DNA from: an uncultured Planctomycetia bacterium | GTDB taxonomy: Bacteria > Omnitrophota > Gorgyraeia > Duberdicusellales > 4484-171 | Assembly: GCA_964629655.1 (NCBI GenBank) | Contig: CAZVQU010000001.1 | Location: forward strand, 20,788-84,787 | Length of the DNA stretch: 64,000 nucleotides | Direction: 5' to 3' | Shown: positions 20,337-29,796 of the stretch, in pieces | Numbering within the stretch: the stretch's first letter is position 1 | How the letters are laid out: each line of letters opens with the position of its first letter | Translations under genes and position numbers: made by a program | Notes under the pieces: model-generated | The model's input: only the letters and a program-made list of their open reading frames with translations | Told to the model about the DNA's origin: nothing | Database searches by the model: none

Positions 20337-21811
20337 ATTTTTTTCCTTATCTTTGCGCGTCCTTTATTTTTCAATCCGCCAATAGCCCCCTTGAGCAACA
20401 TCGAAAATAGCCATATAGATCCGTACAAAAGATTCTTAAAGGTAACTGTCCGTTTCAAAATATGACGGATAATAGCCTTTGGTTGCACATATACCTGAAA
20501 CATAGCTTTTCTCTGTAGGCGTCTGAGAGTGGCGCTATCTAATCCGTCAGGACAATAAACAAGATCGCCGCCAGCCGATGTCCAATCACACCAGCTGGTA
20601 AATTTCTCCGGTTCACCTATATCATTATTTTTAATGTAATCTTCAAAGAATTTAGACCCTGGATAAGGAACAGCTATGTTAAATTTTACTATATCGCATT
20701 CTAAATCCTTAGCAAATTTTATTGTATCATTGCAGGTATCCACAGTTTCTCCCGGAAGACCAAGCATAAACAAGCCCAAACTTAATATTCCCGCTTTTTT
20801 TGTTTCCCGCAAAGCCGTCCTCGCTTGATCCAATGTCGTTCCTTTATTAATGCTTTTAAGAATCTTCTCATTGCCAACTTCTATGCCATACATAATAAGA
20901 TGCAAACCTGCTTCTTTCATTGCTCTTAATAACTTTGGAGTTACTTTATCAACCCTTGTTTCTGTGCACCAGTTAAGTTTTTTATGTAGTTTGCGCTTTA
21001 TCAAGATATCGCAAAATTCTAATCCGGATTTCTCGTCAAAAGGGAAATAGGCATCGGATAGACCAAAATATTTTATATTAAGATTTTCAAAGAAATACTC
21101 CATTTCGTCAACAACCTTGTTTAAATTCCGATAGCGCATCTTGGGATATACCTTATCCTGTGAGCAATAATAACATTTGTAGGCGCAGCCTCGCGATGCC
21201 ATTATTGGTACTGCCCGGGCTTTAGTTATCGCTGCCAACGGAACTTCCCTGTAATCATCTAAATTTAGCATGTCCCAAGCGGGAAAGCTTAAACTATCAA
21301 GGTTCTCGATAATTTCACGCCGGGGATTGTGTCTTATTCCGTTTGCGGTACGGAAACTAATTCCAGATATCTCTTCTAAACTCCCGCCGTGGATAAGGCA
21401 AGTGCTCAGTTCCAGCATAGCGATCTCTCCCTCTCCCCTTACAACAATATCCGCTGTATTATCGCTAAGTACTTCTTCAGGAAAACAAGTAGCATGAGTG
21501 TTGCCTAACACAATTCTGCTATCGATCTTTGAGTCACGCATCTGCCGAACTAACCTTCTTATATCCGGCATAACCGGAGTAAGTGCGGAAAATCCCACTA
21601 TAACCGGTTTCTCCTTTTTAATTAAGTCTATAAGCTCATCGTCAGTAGTTTTTCTCGCGAACTGGTCGACAACCGAAACCTTTACGCCGTTACTTCGCAA
21701 GGTAGCGGCAATATAACATAAACCAAGTGGCGCAATAGGAGTGAGAAACTTTTTATATCCCCAGCTATTTTCTATTAAACTCGAATTAGGATTTATTAAA
21801 AGGACTTCCAT
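20333..21811 (-). CDS. B12-binding radical SAM protein
   Basis: 492 aa: B12-binding domain (RIVLGNTHATCFPEEVL...VVRGEGE) followed by RGCAYKCYYC, which fits CxxxCxxC. Confidence 0.8.
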   Translation of the reverse strand: MEVLLINPNSSLIENSWGYKKFLTPIAPLGLCYIAATLRSNGVKVSVVDQFARKTTDDELIDLIKKEKPVIVGFSALTPVMPDIRRLVRQMRDSKIDSRIVLGNTHATCFPEEVLSDNTADIVVRGEGEIAMLELSTCLIHGGSLEEISGISFRTANGIRHNPRREIIENLDSLSFPAWDMLNLDDYREVPLAAITKARAVPIMASRGCAYKCYYCSQDKVYPKMRYRNLNKVVDEMEYFFENLNIKYFGLSDAYFPFDEKSGLEFCDILIKRKLHKKLNWCTETRVDKVTPKLLRAMKEAGLHLIMYGIEVGNEKILKSINKGTTLDQARTALRETKKAGILSLGLFMLGLPGETVDTCNDTIKFAKDLECDIVKFNIAVPYPGSKFFEDYIKNNDIGEPEKFTSWCDWTSAGGDLVYCPDGLDSATLRRLQRKAMFQVYVQPKAIIRHILKRTVTFKNLLYGSIWLFSMLLKGAIGGLKNKGRAKIRKKI

Positions 21812-21820
21812 CTGGTTTCC

Positions 21821-22876
21821 TTAAGCCTCTTCAAGAACTTTACTAACTTCCTTTAGCAAATATTCTTTCTTTTTTTCATCAATTGAAATTCTTTTATCAT
21901 CTACGTAAAATACATTTTTAGTAGTATAAATTCTTAATAACGATTTAATATGTTTTTCTCTTGAAAGTACTTTAAAAATCTCTTTGGGGTATAAGAAATG
22001 TAAATATTTAAAACTGTTTCTAATGACCGCTTCTGACAATAATCCTAATAAAATTCTAATAAGGGAAGAATACTTACTTTCTAATACTGAAGTGTTTATC
22101 AATCTAAGGCAATTTCCCTTACAGTTTTTCTGAGAATAAGCTGTCACACAATTGACAACCCACTGGGTAGGCTTGGTCCTGCCGGCTATTTTTAAAAAAT
22201 CAACGCCAAGTCTTTCGTATGTTTCTATTTTATTTGGATGGATAAAGCCGGTTCTTCTAACTATTGAAGAGGGGTCGTCTAATTTTAATTTTAAACATTT
22301 TACTATTTCTTTTCCAAAATAATCTGTCTTCTTGAGGTGTTCTTCTTCGTAAGGGCAATTCACTAAGCAAATGTTATTCGCCAGAATCTTTATCTGCAAT
22401 CCTGTCTTCTTTCTCAAAAGCTCAATGAAGTTAAGGTCGTTCTTCTTGCCATAATCTACGCAAAGGATGTCACAGCCTAGGTTCTTATAGAACATTGCTC
22501 TTTCAATAGAATCAATCCTGCAAGCAATGGAACTGCAGATTTTAAACCGATGATTTTTCTTTAAAAATGAAATTACATCCGGATTAGAAGCAGTTACCAT
22601 ATCTACGCTTATTCCACTGAGCTCTTTTAAAAAAGCAATCCTTCTTCCATCTAAGGTGAAGTTTGGATGGTTCATTATATAATTAAATTTAATACCCCGG
22701 GCATGGGAATATTCTATATATTTCTTCAATCTTTCCATACTAACCTTAGGCAAAGCATAAGAAGGCAAGACAGTCTCGCCGGGGTCGTGATTTAAACTGC
22801 CATATGTATCGTGGATTCTGCCTTTTAATCTGTCGATAAGTTCAAAATTGAAATTTGTAGGTGCTGATATCTGCAT
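21821..22876 (-). CDS. Paralog of 19158..20336 (U32-like, tentative)
   Basis: 351 aa; MQISAPTNFNFELIDRLKGRIHDTYGSL aligns with the N-terminus of the 19158 product. Confidence 0.3.
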   Translation of the reverse strand: MQISAPTNFNFELIDRLKGRIHDTYGSLNHDPGETVLPSYALPKVSMERLKKYIEYSHARGIKFNYIMNHPNFTLDGRRIAFLKELSGISVDMVTASNPDVISFLKKNHRFKICSSIACRIDSIERAMFYKNLGCDILCVDYGKKNDLNFIELLRKKTGLQIKILANNICLVNCPYEEEHLKKTDYFGKEIVKCLKLKLDDPSSIVRRTGFIHPNKIETYERLGVDFLKIAGRTKPTQWVVNCVTAYSQKNCKGNCLRLINTSVLESKYSSLIRILLGLLSEAVIRNSFKYLHFLYPKEIFKVLSREKHIKSLLRIYTTKNVFYVDDKRISIDEKKKEYLLKEVSKVLEEA

Positions 22877-22913
22877 TTTTATACTACAACTGTGTCTTTT
22901 TGATTAAATAATA

Positions 22914-24503
22914 TTATCCATCCAGCAATTTCTCTATACAACTTAGCACTTCTGTATTTTTTTCTTTCGCATAGTCTTTTTTCAACAATAGCCACCCGTC
23001 TTCAAAGGCAACAACGCCATAGCTATCCTGTATTATAGCATGTTTTAATTTCGAATAATACTTTGTTTCGCTTAAATTGTAATAAGAATGAGTATATAAA
23101 TCGACAAATATGTAATCCCATTCGTAGTATTTCTCTATAACATGTTTATCAAATAGCCCAAAATACTTGCACCTGCCTAAATGCGGTACCAAAAATTCTG
23201 GAGCTAGACAACTTGCCTGATCAGGAATCATTTTTAGAAACTTATGCCCAATCCGGGCATGTTTAGTTAACTTATAATCTTTGAAACTAAAGCCCTGGGT
23301 AAATGGTAAAGGCCCTAAGTTTTCAGAAAAATTACTTTTTGGCTGAACATAGTAATGCTGAAGCAAGACTGGGACCAAGATAAACGTGGCTAATAGATTA
23401 TGAAGTAACTTTCTGCTATTTTTATATTTAAAAAAAGCTTTATCTATAAAATCGATAATCCTTCCCGCCCCATATATGGCACCTGCAAAGACAAAAGCCA
23501 AGATTAAGAAATGTCCTGAGGAATGTTGGTTTCTAAGGAGAATATAGCCCGCCTCGGCAATAACTGGTAGAAGATACAGAGGGCTAAAGAAAACAAAGAT
23601 ATTAGGCAAACGAGAAAAAATGTAAATTAACATATTGCCCTCATTGAACATATTCTTCATAATCAATATGGGATGGAACAAGGCATATCGCAAAGCATCA
23701 ATTAGGCTATCTCCATACTGTACAAAATGGACCATGCCTACCGGAAAAGGCCTGTTAATTAGCTTAAGGTAAACAGAACATGCGGTTATTGCAATTATCA
23801 ACCAGATAAGGCTAATTTTTAATATCGCTTTTCCGTATCTTTTTCTCTCTTTAGAAAAAAGAAGAATTATACCTAAAACTAGAGTCATCAGCACAGCATC
23901 AATTTTAGATAGATTGGCCAAAATAATAAAAATAATGAATTTCTTAAAATCTCCCTTTTCGAGATAATAAAAAGCGAACAAGAGAAATGGTAAAGCTAAA
24001 GCAAGGGGTATGTATCCAAGCACTGCGCCTGTGGTTACGATTGGATGCAACAAATATGCAAGAGAGAATGTAACTGCCAGATAAGCACTATCCAGGCGTT
24101 TTTTTGTAAGTAGATACACGGGTAAAGCCCCGCTTGCTAAAAAAACGCTCTGAAAAACAAGCAATGCCTCCGGCCGGGGAAAAAGCCTATAAATAAAGGC
24201 AAGGAGGTAATTGAGGGGGGCAAAGAAATGAGAAACAGCTGGATATTCCGGCAGTATATACATTTCAGAAAAACTTCTAAATTCGGTTATCTTTAGATAC
24301 GCGTATGGATATGAATATCCAAAAGAATTAGCAGAAAAACTTCTAAATTTAAAAATATTGACAAAACCGAATGAAACAACAAAAATTGTAATCGCCATTA
24401 GAATAAAAATCAATAAATAATCTCTATTCCTATAACGGATTATACTGTTTATTCTGGAATCGGCTGGATGCTTAGATTCAGATTTTCCACACATTCCAAT
24501 CAT
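22914..24503 (-). CDS. Polytopic membrane protein (paralog B)
   Basis: 529 aa sharing the 1248-bp identical block with 16921..19161; the N- and C-termini are diverged. Confidence 0.5.
   Translation of the reverse strand: MIGMCGKSESKHPADSRINSIIRYRNRDYLLIFILMAITIFVVSFGFVNIFKFRSFSANSFGYSYPYAYLKITEFRSFSEMYILPEYPAVSHFFAPLNYLLAFIYRLFPRPEALLVFQSVFLASGALPVYLLTKKRLDSAYLAVTFSLAYLLHPIVTTGAVLGYIPLALALPFLLFAFYYLEKGDFKKFIIFIILANLSKIDAVLMTLVLGIILLFSKERKRYGKAILKISLIWLIIAITACSVYLKLINRPFPVGMVHFVQYGDSLIDALRYALFHPILIMKNMFNEGNMLIYIFSRLPNIFVFFSPLYLLPVIAEAGYILLRNQHSSGHFLILAFVFAGAIYGAGRIIDFIDKAFFKYKNSRKLLHNLLATFILVPVLLQHYYVQPKSNFSENLGPLPFTQGFSFKDYKLTKHARIGHKFLKMIPDQASCLAPEFLVPHLGRCKYFGLFDKHVIEKYYEWDYIFVDLYTHSYYNLSETKYYSKLKHAIIQDSYGVVAFEDGWLLLKKDYAKEKNTEVLSCIEKLLDG
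22971..24218. repeat. 1248-bp perfect direct repeat, copy B (inside CDS 22914..24503)
   Basis: See copy A. Confidence 0.9.
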
Positions 24504-24513
24504 TTTATTGCCT

Positions 24514-25317
24514 TCACTTTTTACTCAACAAATAATTATGGATAGTTTCTAGTTTATAATTATTTTTGTTACACCATGCTAAGTAATTACCTAAAATATT
24601 TAACATTTTGCGTCCAGTATTATATGTTAGGCTGCGAGGTAAATTAAAAATTGACTTATTGTCAATATCAGCAAAATCCCACGAATGAAAATAAATATTA
24701 GCATAATCTCCTGCTAGAAATACCCAAGATGTGCAAAATTTAGCATAATGTAGTCCAAATGTACGAAACCAAATCCATGAAAAAGGTAACTTTAAAATTG
24801 GGGCAACTGAGATAGGTACATTTATAATTCCATCTTTGAGCTTTATTCTCCTAGATTTGAAAAAATTACAATACCTGCCGGGGACATAGGTAGGGTGGCA
24901 GCTGTTGTCATACTCAAAACCCGCTTCATGCGTAACGGCGGAAGGCAAAATTACCAATTTATGATTTTTAAAACCATAAATTTTTGTTTTTAAATTATTC
25001 TCTACTTTTTCTTTAGCATATTTAATCGTCTCGATAGTTTGCTTAGTGTCACTGCTGTTTTTACGGCTTATACATCCATGAAGCCCTATTTCATGTCCCT
25101 CGGCAACCAATTGCTTTAATAAGTCAGGGTAAACTTCGGCTATTTTCTTAGTAACAAAAAAAGTCATTTTAATCTGCCGGCCCCTGATTAATGTAAGTAA
25201 CCTCTGCGCCCCATCGTAAGCCTTTTCCAGCATTAACTCATTCGGTATACTCTTTTTGAAATCCAACGGGAGATTAAACTCCTCAAAATCACACACTAAT
25301 GATAATATTTTCATCAT
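24514..25317 (-). CDS. Polysaccharide deacetylase (NodB homology / CE4)
   Basis: 267 aa: TFFVTKKIAEVYPDLLKQLVAEGHEIGLHG and later HSWDF, matching NodB motifs. Confidence 0.65.
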   Translation of the reverse strand: MMKILSLVCDFEEFNLPLDFKKSIPNELMLEKAYDGAQRLLTLIRGRQIKMTFFVTKKIAEVYPDLLKQLVAEGHEIGLHGCISRKNSSDTKQTIETIKYAKEKVENNLKTKIYGFKNHKLVILPSAVTHEAGFEYDNSCHPTYVPGRYCNFFKSRRIKLKDGIINVPISVAPILKLPFSWIWFRTFGLHYAKFCTSWVFLAGDYANIYFHSWDFADIDNKSIFNLPRSLTYNTGRKMLNILGNYLAWCNKNNYKLETIHNYLLSKK

Positions 25318-25417
25318 TTTTTAGTTCAATATTATATCTTGTAATTTCACTCAGCATATACATAGAAAAAATTGGAATCTAATAAATCGAAATTAGCCAA
25401 AGTATCTAATTCCTTCA

Positions 25418-26833
25418 CTATCTATTTTGTATATATCGCATCAATATAATCATTCCTTTAAAAAATTCTAAAAGCACTTTTACATTTGTGGATCTTCTCA
25501 AAAAGTTAATTACTATTCTGGGCCTAAAATAAAATTCTTTCAGCATTTTCTTGGCAGCATATAATAATTTTTCTTCATTTAAATGGGTAGAAGCAAACAT
25601 TGGAAAAGCACCATTAAATTTTTGCCAATCTTGGTAAAAATTGCCAACCTTTTTTATATTTTTATATATGGGTGATCCCGGATATGGAGTAAAGAAATTC
25701 ACTTTGATATTATCTAATTTGGTTTTTTTAATAAATACCATTGTCTCTTTAATCGTATCTTCTGTTTCAGAAGGGATCCCTATCATAAAATATCCCATAA
25801 TATTAAACCCAATCCTGCTCACTAAATTAATTGCTTCTTTAATTGTCTCTAGCTGGATACCCTTGTTCAAAATATTTAACATTCTCTGGGAACCACTTTC
25901 TATCCCGATGCAAATTTGCCAACAGCCTGCCTTTTTCATCTCTAAAAGAATATCTTTATCAATACTGTCTGCCCTGACCATGCAAACCCAGCTTACTTTC
26001 AATTTTTCATCTCTTATCATTTTACAAAATTGGAACATTCTCTCTTTAGAAAAAACGAAATCTGGATCATTAAACACAATCTCTCTGATATTATAATAAT
26101 GCTGCAGATGCTTTATTGAATCTATAATATAAGCTGGGCTATGAGATCTTACTTTTTTACCAGAAACAGTTTTACTGCAACAAAAAATACAATTCCCAAC
26201 ACATCCTCGCGAAGTTACAAGGTGAGCAACGGGAAACCTATGAAAACTTGATAAATTTGGAGCATAATGTGAAAAATCTGGCAGCAAATCCCATGCAGGC
26301 ATAGGTAGTGTATCTAATTCATCTATTAATGCAGGCGGTGAGGCAACAACCAAATTATTTTCTTCCCTGAATATAATTCCTTCAATTTTTCTTAAATCCA
26401 TCTTCTCTGCATGAGCTCGCAGCAAACGGACAATAGTCTTCTCTCCTTCCCCAATCACTCCTATATCAAAACCTTTAAAACGCTGCATTGTTATTTCCGG
26501 CAATGCGGATAAATGGACACCCCCGAGAATAATAACTATCCGGGAATTGTATTGTTTAATTGACATAGCTAATTCTCCTGCGCTAATAATAGAACAGGTA
26601 GTAGCAGTGATTCCGACATATTCTGGAGAATCAATCATAATTTGTTCCAATATCTTATTAATGCCTAAATGTAGGGCTGGCGCATCGATAATTTTAGTTT
26701 CAAAACCTGCTTGGCGAGTAACAGCTGCCAAATAACAAAGGTTATTAGGTTGCAATCCATGCAACACTCCTCCTAAAATACCGTATCTTTGATAAGAAGT
26801 TAGTGGCGGATTTATAAAAACTATTTTTGCCAT
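25418..26833 (-). CDS. B12-binding radical SAM protein
   Basis: 471 aa: B12-binding domain (VIILGGVHLSALPE...GVIGEGE) plus RGCVGNCIFC. Confidence 0.8.
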   Translation of the reverse strand: MAKIVFINPPLTSYQRYGILGGVLHGLQPNNLCYLAAVTRQAGFETKIIDAPALHLGINKILEQIMIDSPEYVGITATTCSIISAGELAMSIKQYNSRIVIILGGVHLSALPEITMQRFKGFDIGVIGEGEKTIVRLLRAHAEKMDLRKIEGIIFREENNLVVASPPALIDELDTLPMPAWDLLPDFSHYAPNLSSFHRFPVAHLVTSRGCVGNCIFCCSKTVSGKKVRSHSPAYIIDSIKHLQHYYNIREIVFNDPDFVFSKERMFQFCKMIRDEKLKVSWVCMVRADSIDKDILLEMKKAGCWQICIGIESGSQRMLNILNKGIQLETIKEAINLVSRIGFNIMGYFMIGIPSETEDTIKETMVFIKKTKLDNIKVNFFTPYPGSPIYKNIKKVGNFYQDWQKFNGAFPMFASTHLNEEKLLYAAKKMLKEFYFRPRIVINFLRRSTNVKVLLEFFKGMIILMRYIQNR

Positions 26834-26853
26834 ATATTTTTTCTTAATCGAAG

Positions 26854-28359
26854 CTAAATATATTTAAATAAAAGATTTTTAAATTTAATCTTCAATAGTC
26901 CCGTCATAAAGCAAACATAACGGATATAATATCTTTTTCGCGAGATGTCCAACCGGTCCTTTGTTAACATGGTAAGTGGAACCTCGATAACTGCCGGGCT
27001 AAACAAAGGTAAAAAACGGTATAGCTTTTTATTAATAAACCAATTATAAAACGTCGGAGGTAAAAAATGCAATATCAGCAATAGCCAATGGTACTTTATT
27101 TTATTTCTTGAATGAACCTCATTCTGCGATGTATTAGCCACCCTACAAGGATTTTTCTCTAACTTATTAATAAGCTTATTGGTCAAAATTCCTTCTTTAA
27201 GCCCTGAGTTAACAATTGGGGTTTTGGGAAAATATATCAACCAAAAAATACAAATTCTATTCGGCCTATTCTTATTGTAAAATTTCGCCATTTCTATTAA
27301 ATCCTTTTCGGTTTCTTGGGGCAATCCAATAATATTATCTACAACACAGCGAATTTTATATCTTTTGCATAAATTTATTGCCTCTCTTACTTGACTATTA
27401 TCATCTTTTCTATTGAGAATTTTCTCTCTTAAAAAGGGGCTTGTGCTTTGAACACCTAAGCATAACTGATAGCATTTGATATCTTTTAAACATCTCACTA
27501 CATTCTCGTTGATAGTACTTGGTGAGCCAAAACAATACATGGGCACATCTATATATTTTTTATACTCTTTGGAGAATTCTTTTAACCACTTTTCATTATA
27601 CGTAAAAAGATCGTCATTGATGCGTAAACGTTTAAAATTATATTTTTCTTTTGCCTGTTTTAGCTCTTGAATGGTGTTTTCTACACTCCTAAAACGCAAC
27701 TTCTTCTGGTTGGGGTAAAGTTTTTGCCATATGCTGTTATGACAATAGGCGCAGCTATTTATGCATCCTCTTCTTGTTATCATTGTGTAACCATTCTTGT
27801 ACCCTGGGATAACTTCATAATATAATTCTTTATCAGGAAACGGCAATATATCCAAATTCTCAATATACGGTCTCAATCGATTTTTAACAATTTGTCCGTC
27901 ACGCCTAAACCAGACATTCTTAATAGAGTAATCCAAACTTTTTTTCTCAAGACTCCTTGTTAATTCCAAAAGTGGATACTCTCCCTCCCCTATAATTACC
28001 GAATCTACGCAATCATTTCCTAGCACCTCTTCTGGCACAGAAGTAGGGTGAATACCGCCAAATGTAATATGGATCATGGGGAAATGCTGCTTAATCTTCT
28101 CGGCAACTCTCACTGCCCATATGTATTCGGAACTAACTACAGAAAAAGCTACTACATCCGGATGATAATCGATAATTTGTTTTAAAATAATCTTTTCGTA
28201 ATTAAAAAATTGACTGATGTACTTAATATTGATAAACGGGTCGTTAAATAGTTTAGGATCAAAAGCTAATCGGGTCGAATATCCATGCAGCTTTAAAACG
28301 GCTGATAGATATTCAATACCTAAATTCTCAAATGCACCATATACAAACATTATTTTCAT
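26854..28359 (-). CDS. B12-binding radical SAM protein
   Basis: 501 aa: HITFGGIHPTSVPEEVL...VIIGEGE plus RRGCINSCAYC. Confidence 0.8.
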   Translation of the reverse strand: MKIMFVYGAFENLGIEYLSAVLKLHGYSTRLAFDPKLFNDPFINIKYISQFFNYEKIILKQIIDYHPDVVAFSVVSSEYIWAVRVAEKIKQHFPMIHITFGGIHPTSVPEEVLGNDCVDSVIIGEGEYPLLELTRSLEKKSLDYSIKNVWFRRDGQIVKNRLRPYIENLDILPFPDKELYYEVIPGYKNGYTMITRRGCINSCAYCHNSIWQKLYPNQKKLRFRSVENTIQELKQAKEKYNFKRLRINDDLFTYNEKWLKEFSKEYKKYIDVPMYCFGSPSTINENVVRCLKDIKCYQLCLGVQSTSPFLREKILNRKDDNSQVREAINLCKRYKIRCVVDNIIGLPQETEKDLIEMAKFYNKNRPNRICIFWLIYFPKTPIVNSGLKEGILTNKLINKLEKNPCRVANTSQNEVHSRNKIKYHWLLLILHFLPPTFYNWFINKKLYRFLPLFSPAVIEVPLTMLTKDRLDISRKRYYIRYVCFMTGLLKIKFKNLLFKYI

Positions 28360-28367
28360 TTTTTAAA

Positions 28368-29789
28368 TCAGTTATTTTTTAAATCGCTTTTAACCCTGCA
28401 CAAACCAACGGCACTCTTTATATATCTCTTAAATTCACGAAAAGATTTTATGCCAAAACTAATCTTTGCCAAACGGGAAGGCCTGAAGTAGAATTTGCGA
28501 TAAGCTTCGATTGTGCAGCGTTCAATCGCTTTGTCAGAAACATCTGTCCAGGGAGTTGGAAGACGCTCTTCATCTGCTGTTCCTAAAATATACTCCTTCC
28601 AGTAATCTCTGCCTGTGATTTTCTTTACCGAGTCATACAAAACTGTTGTTGGCTTGGCTATAGTCTTATGAAATTGTGCATAGTCTAAATTTAGTTCCGA
28701 AGCAAAACTAATAGTATCTTTTATGGTATCCATGGTATCTCCCGGCGCACCTATAAGAAAAAAACCCAAAGTTAAAATTCGTTTCTTCTTGGTTAAACTG
28801 ACAATTTCTCTAATCCTCTCCAGCGTTATACCCTTGCTTGCATTATTCAAAATATTTTGATTCCCAGACTCTACGCCATAATAGATTCTGGCACAGCCCG
28901 CACTTTTCATCTCATTTAATAATTCTTCATCTATTTGATCAACTCTTGCCCTACAAGCCCAAGATACATCAATTCTTCTTTTTCTTATCGCTTTACAGAT
29001 CTCAATTATCCGTTTTTTGTCAAAAGTAAAAACGGGATCAAAAAATTCTATTTCGCGTATATTGAATTTTCTAAAACACTGCTCAATTTCATCAACAACA
29101 CCCTCTGCCTTCCTGGCAGAATAAGGTATGTTTTTCATGTGACAGAATTCACACTTACCTGGACAACCCTTGGAAGTAATCATTATCGTGAAGTTCTTTC
29201 TTTTAGACATAACTGTGTAATACTTATGATTAGGCAATAGCTGCCTGGCAGGAAAAGGCAAAGTGTCAAAATCTTCTTTTAATGTATCGGGAGGATTAAT
29301 AAAAATCTCTTCCCCGCGCTTATAGCAAATTCCTTTAATCTTGGCAATATCCATTTTTTGTTCTATTGCAAGCAATAACTCCGGAAGAGACTGCTGGGCA
29401 GAACCAATAATCCCGTACTCTATTTCTTTATGCATCATTACTTCTTTAGGGTAGAGTTCTAGCAAAACATTTCCTACAATAATTGTTAAATTTGTATGCT
29501 GTTTTAAAAACTTTATCCACTCTAAAGTCTGACGAAACATATACACCGTGAGCATAAAACCCAGCATATCCGGTTTAAAACTATTGATCCGTCTTAATAC
29601 CTGTTGTTTTGATAGTCTCGGTTGGCAATTAGCGTCTATTATTACTGCTTGATGCCCTGCTTTTTGAGCAATGGCAGCAGCATACGCTAACCCTAAAGGG
29701 GGAGGCTGTGTAAACTCTCTGCTTACAACATCTATATCTTCCTCAAACCTTTTGTGGTCAAAAGGGGGGAAAATAAAGGCAATTTTCAT
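28368..29789 (-). CDS. B12-binding radical SAM protein
   Basis: 473 aa: TIIVGNVLLELYPKEV plus SKGCPGKCEFC. Confidence 0.8.
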   Translation of the reverse strand: MKIAFIFPPFDHKRFEEDIDVVSREFTQPPPLGLAYAAAIAQKAGHQAVIIDANCQPRLSKQQVLRRINSFKPDMLGFMLTVYMFRQTLEWIKFLKQHTNLTIIVGNVLLELYPKEVMMHKEIEYGIIGSAQQSLPELLLAIEQKMDIAKIKGICYKRGEEIFINPPDTLKEDFDTLPFPARQLLPNHKYYTVMSKRKNFTIMITSKGCPGKCEFCHMKNIPYSARKAEGVVDEIEQCFRKFNIREIEFFDPVFTFDKKRIIEICKAIRKRRIDVSWACRARVDQIDEELLNEMKSAGCARIYYGVESGNQNILNNASKGITLERIREIVSLTKKKRILTLGFFLIGAPGDTMDTIKDTISFASELNLDYAQFHKTIAKPTTVLYDSVKKITGRDYWKEYILGTADEERLPTPWTDVSDKAIERCTIEAYRKFYFRPSRLAKISFGIKSFREFKRYIKSAVGLCRVKSDLKNN

Positions 29790-29796
29790 AATTTTG

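Noticed and set aside
17641-24218. Insertion sequence or transposon behind the 1248-bp perfect repeat
   Set aside because: The repeat lies in-frame inside two paralogous membrane-protein genes. It has no transposase ORF, no terminal inverted repeats and no target-site duplication. Gene conversion or an assembly artefact is more likely.
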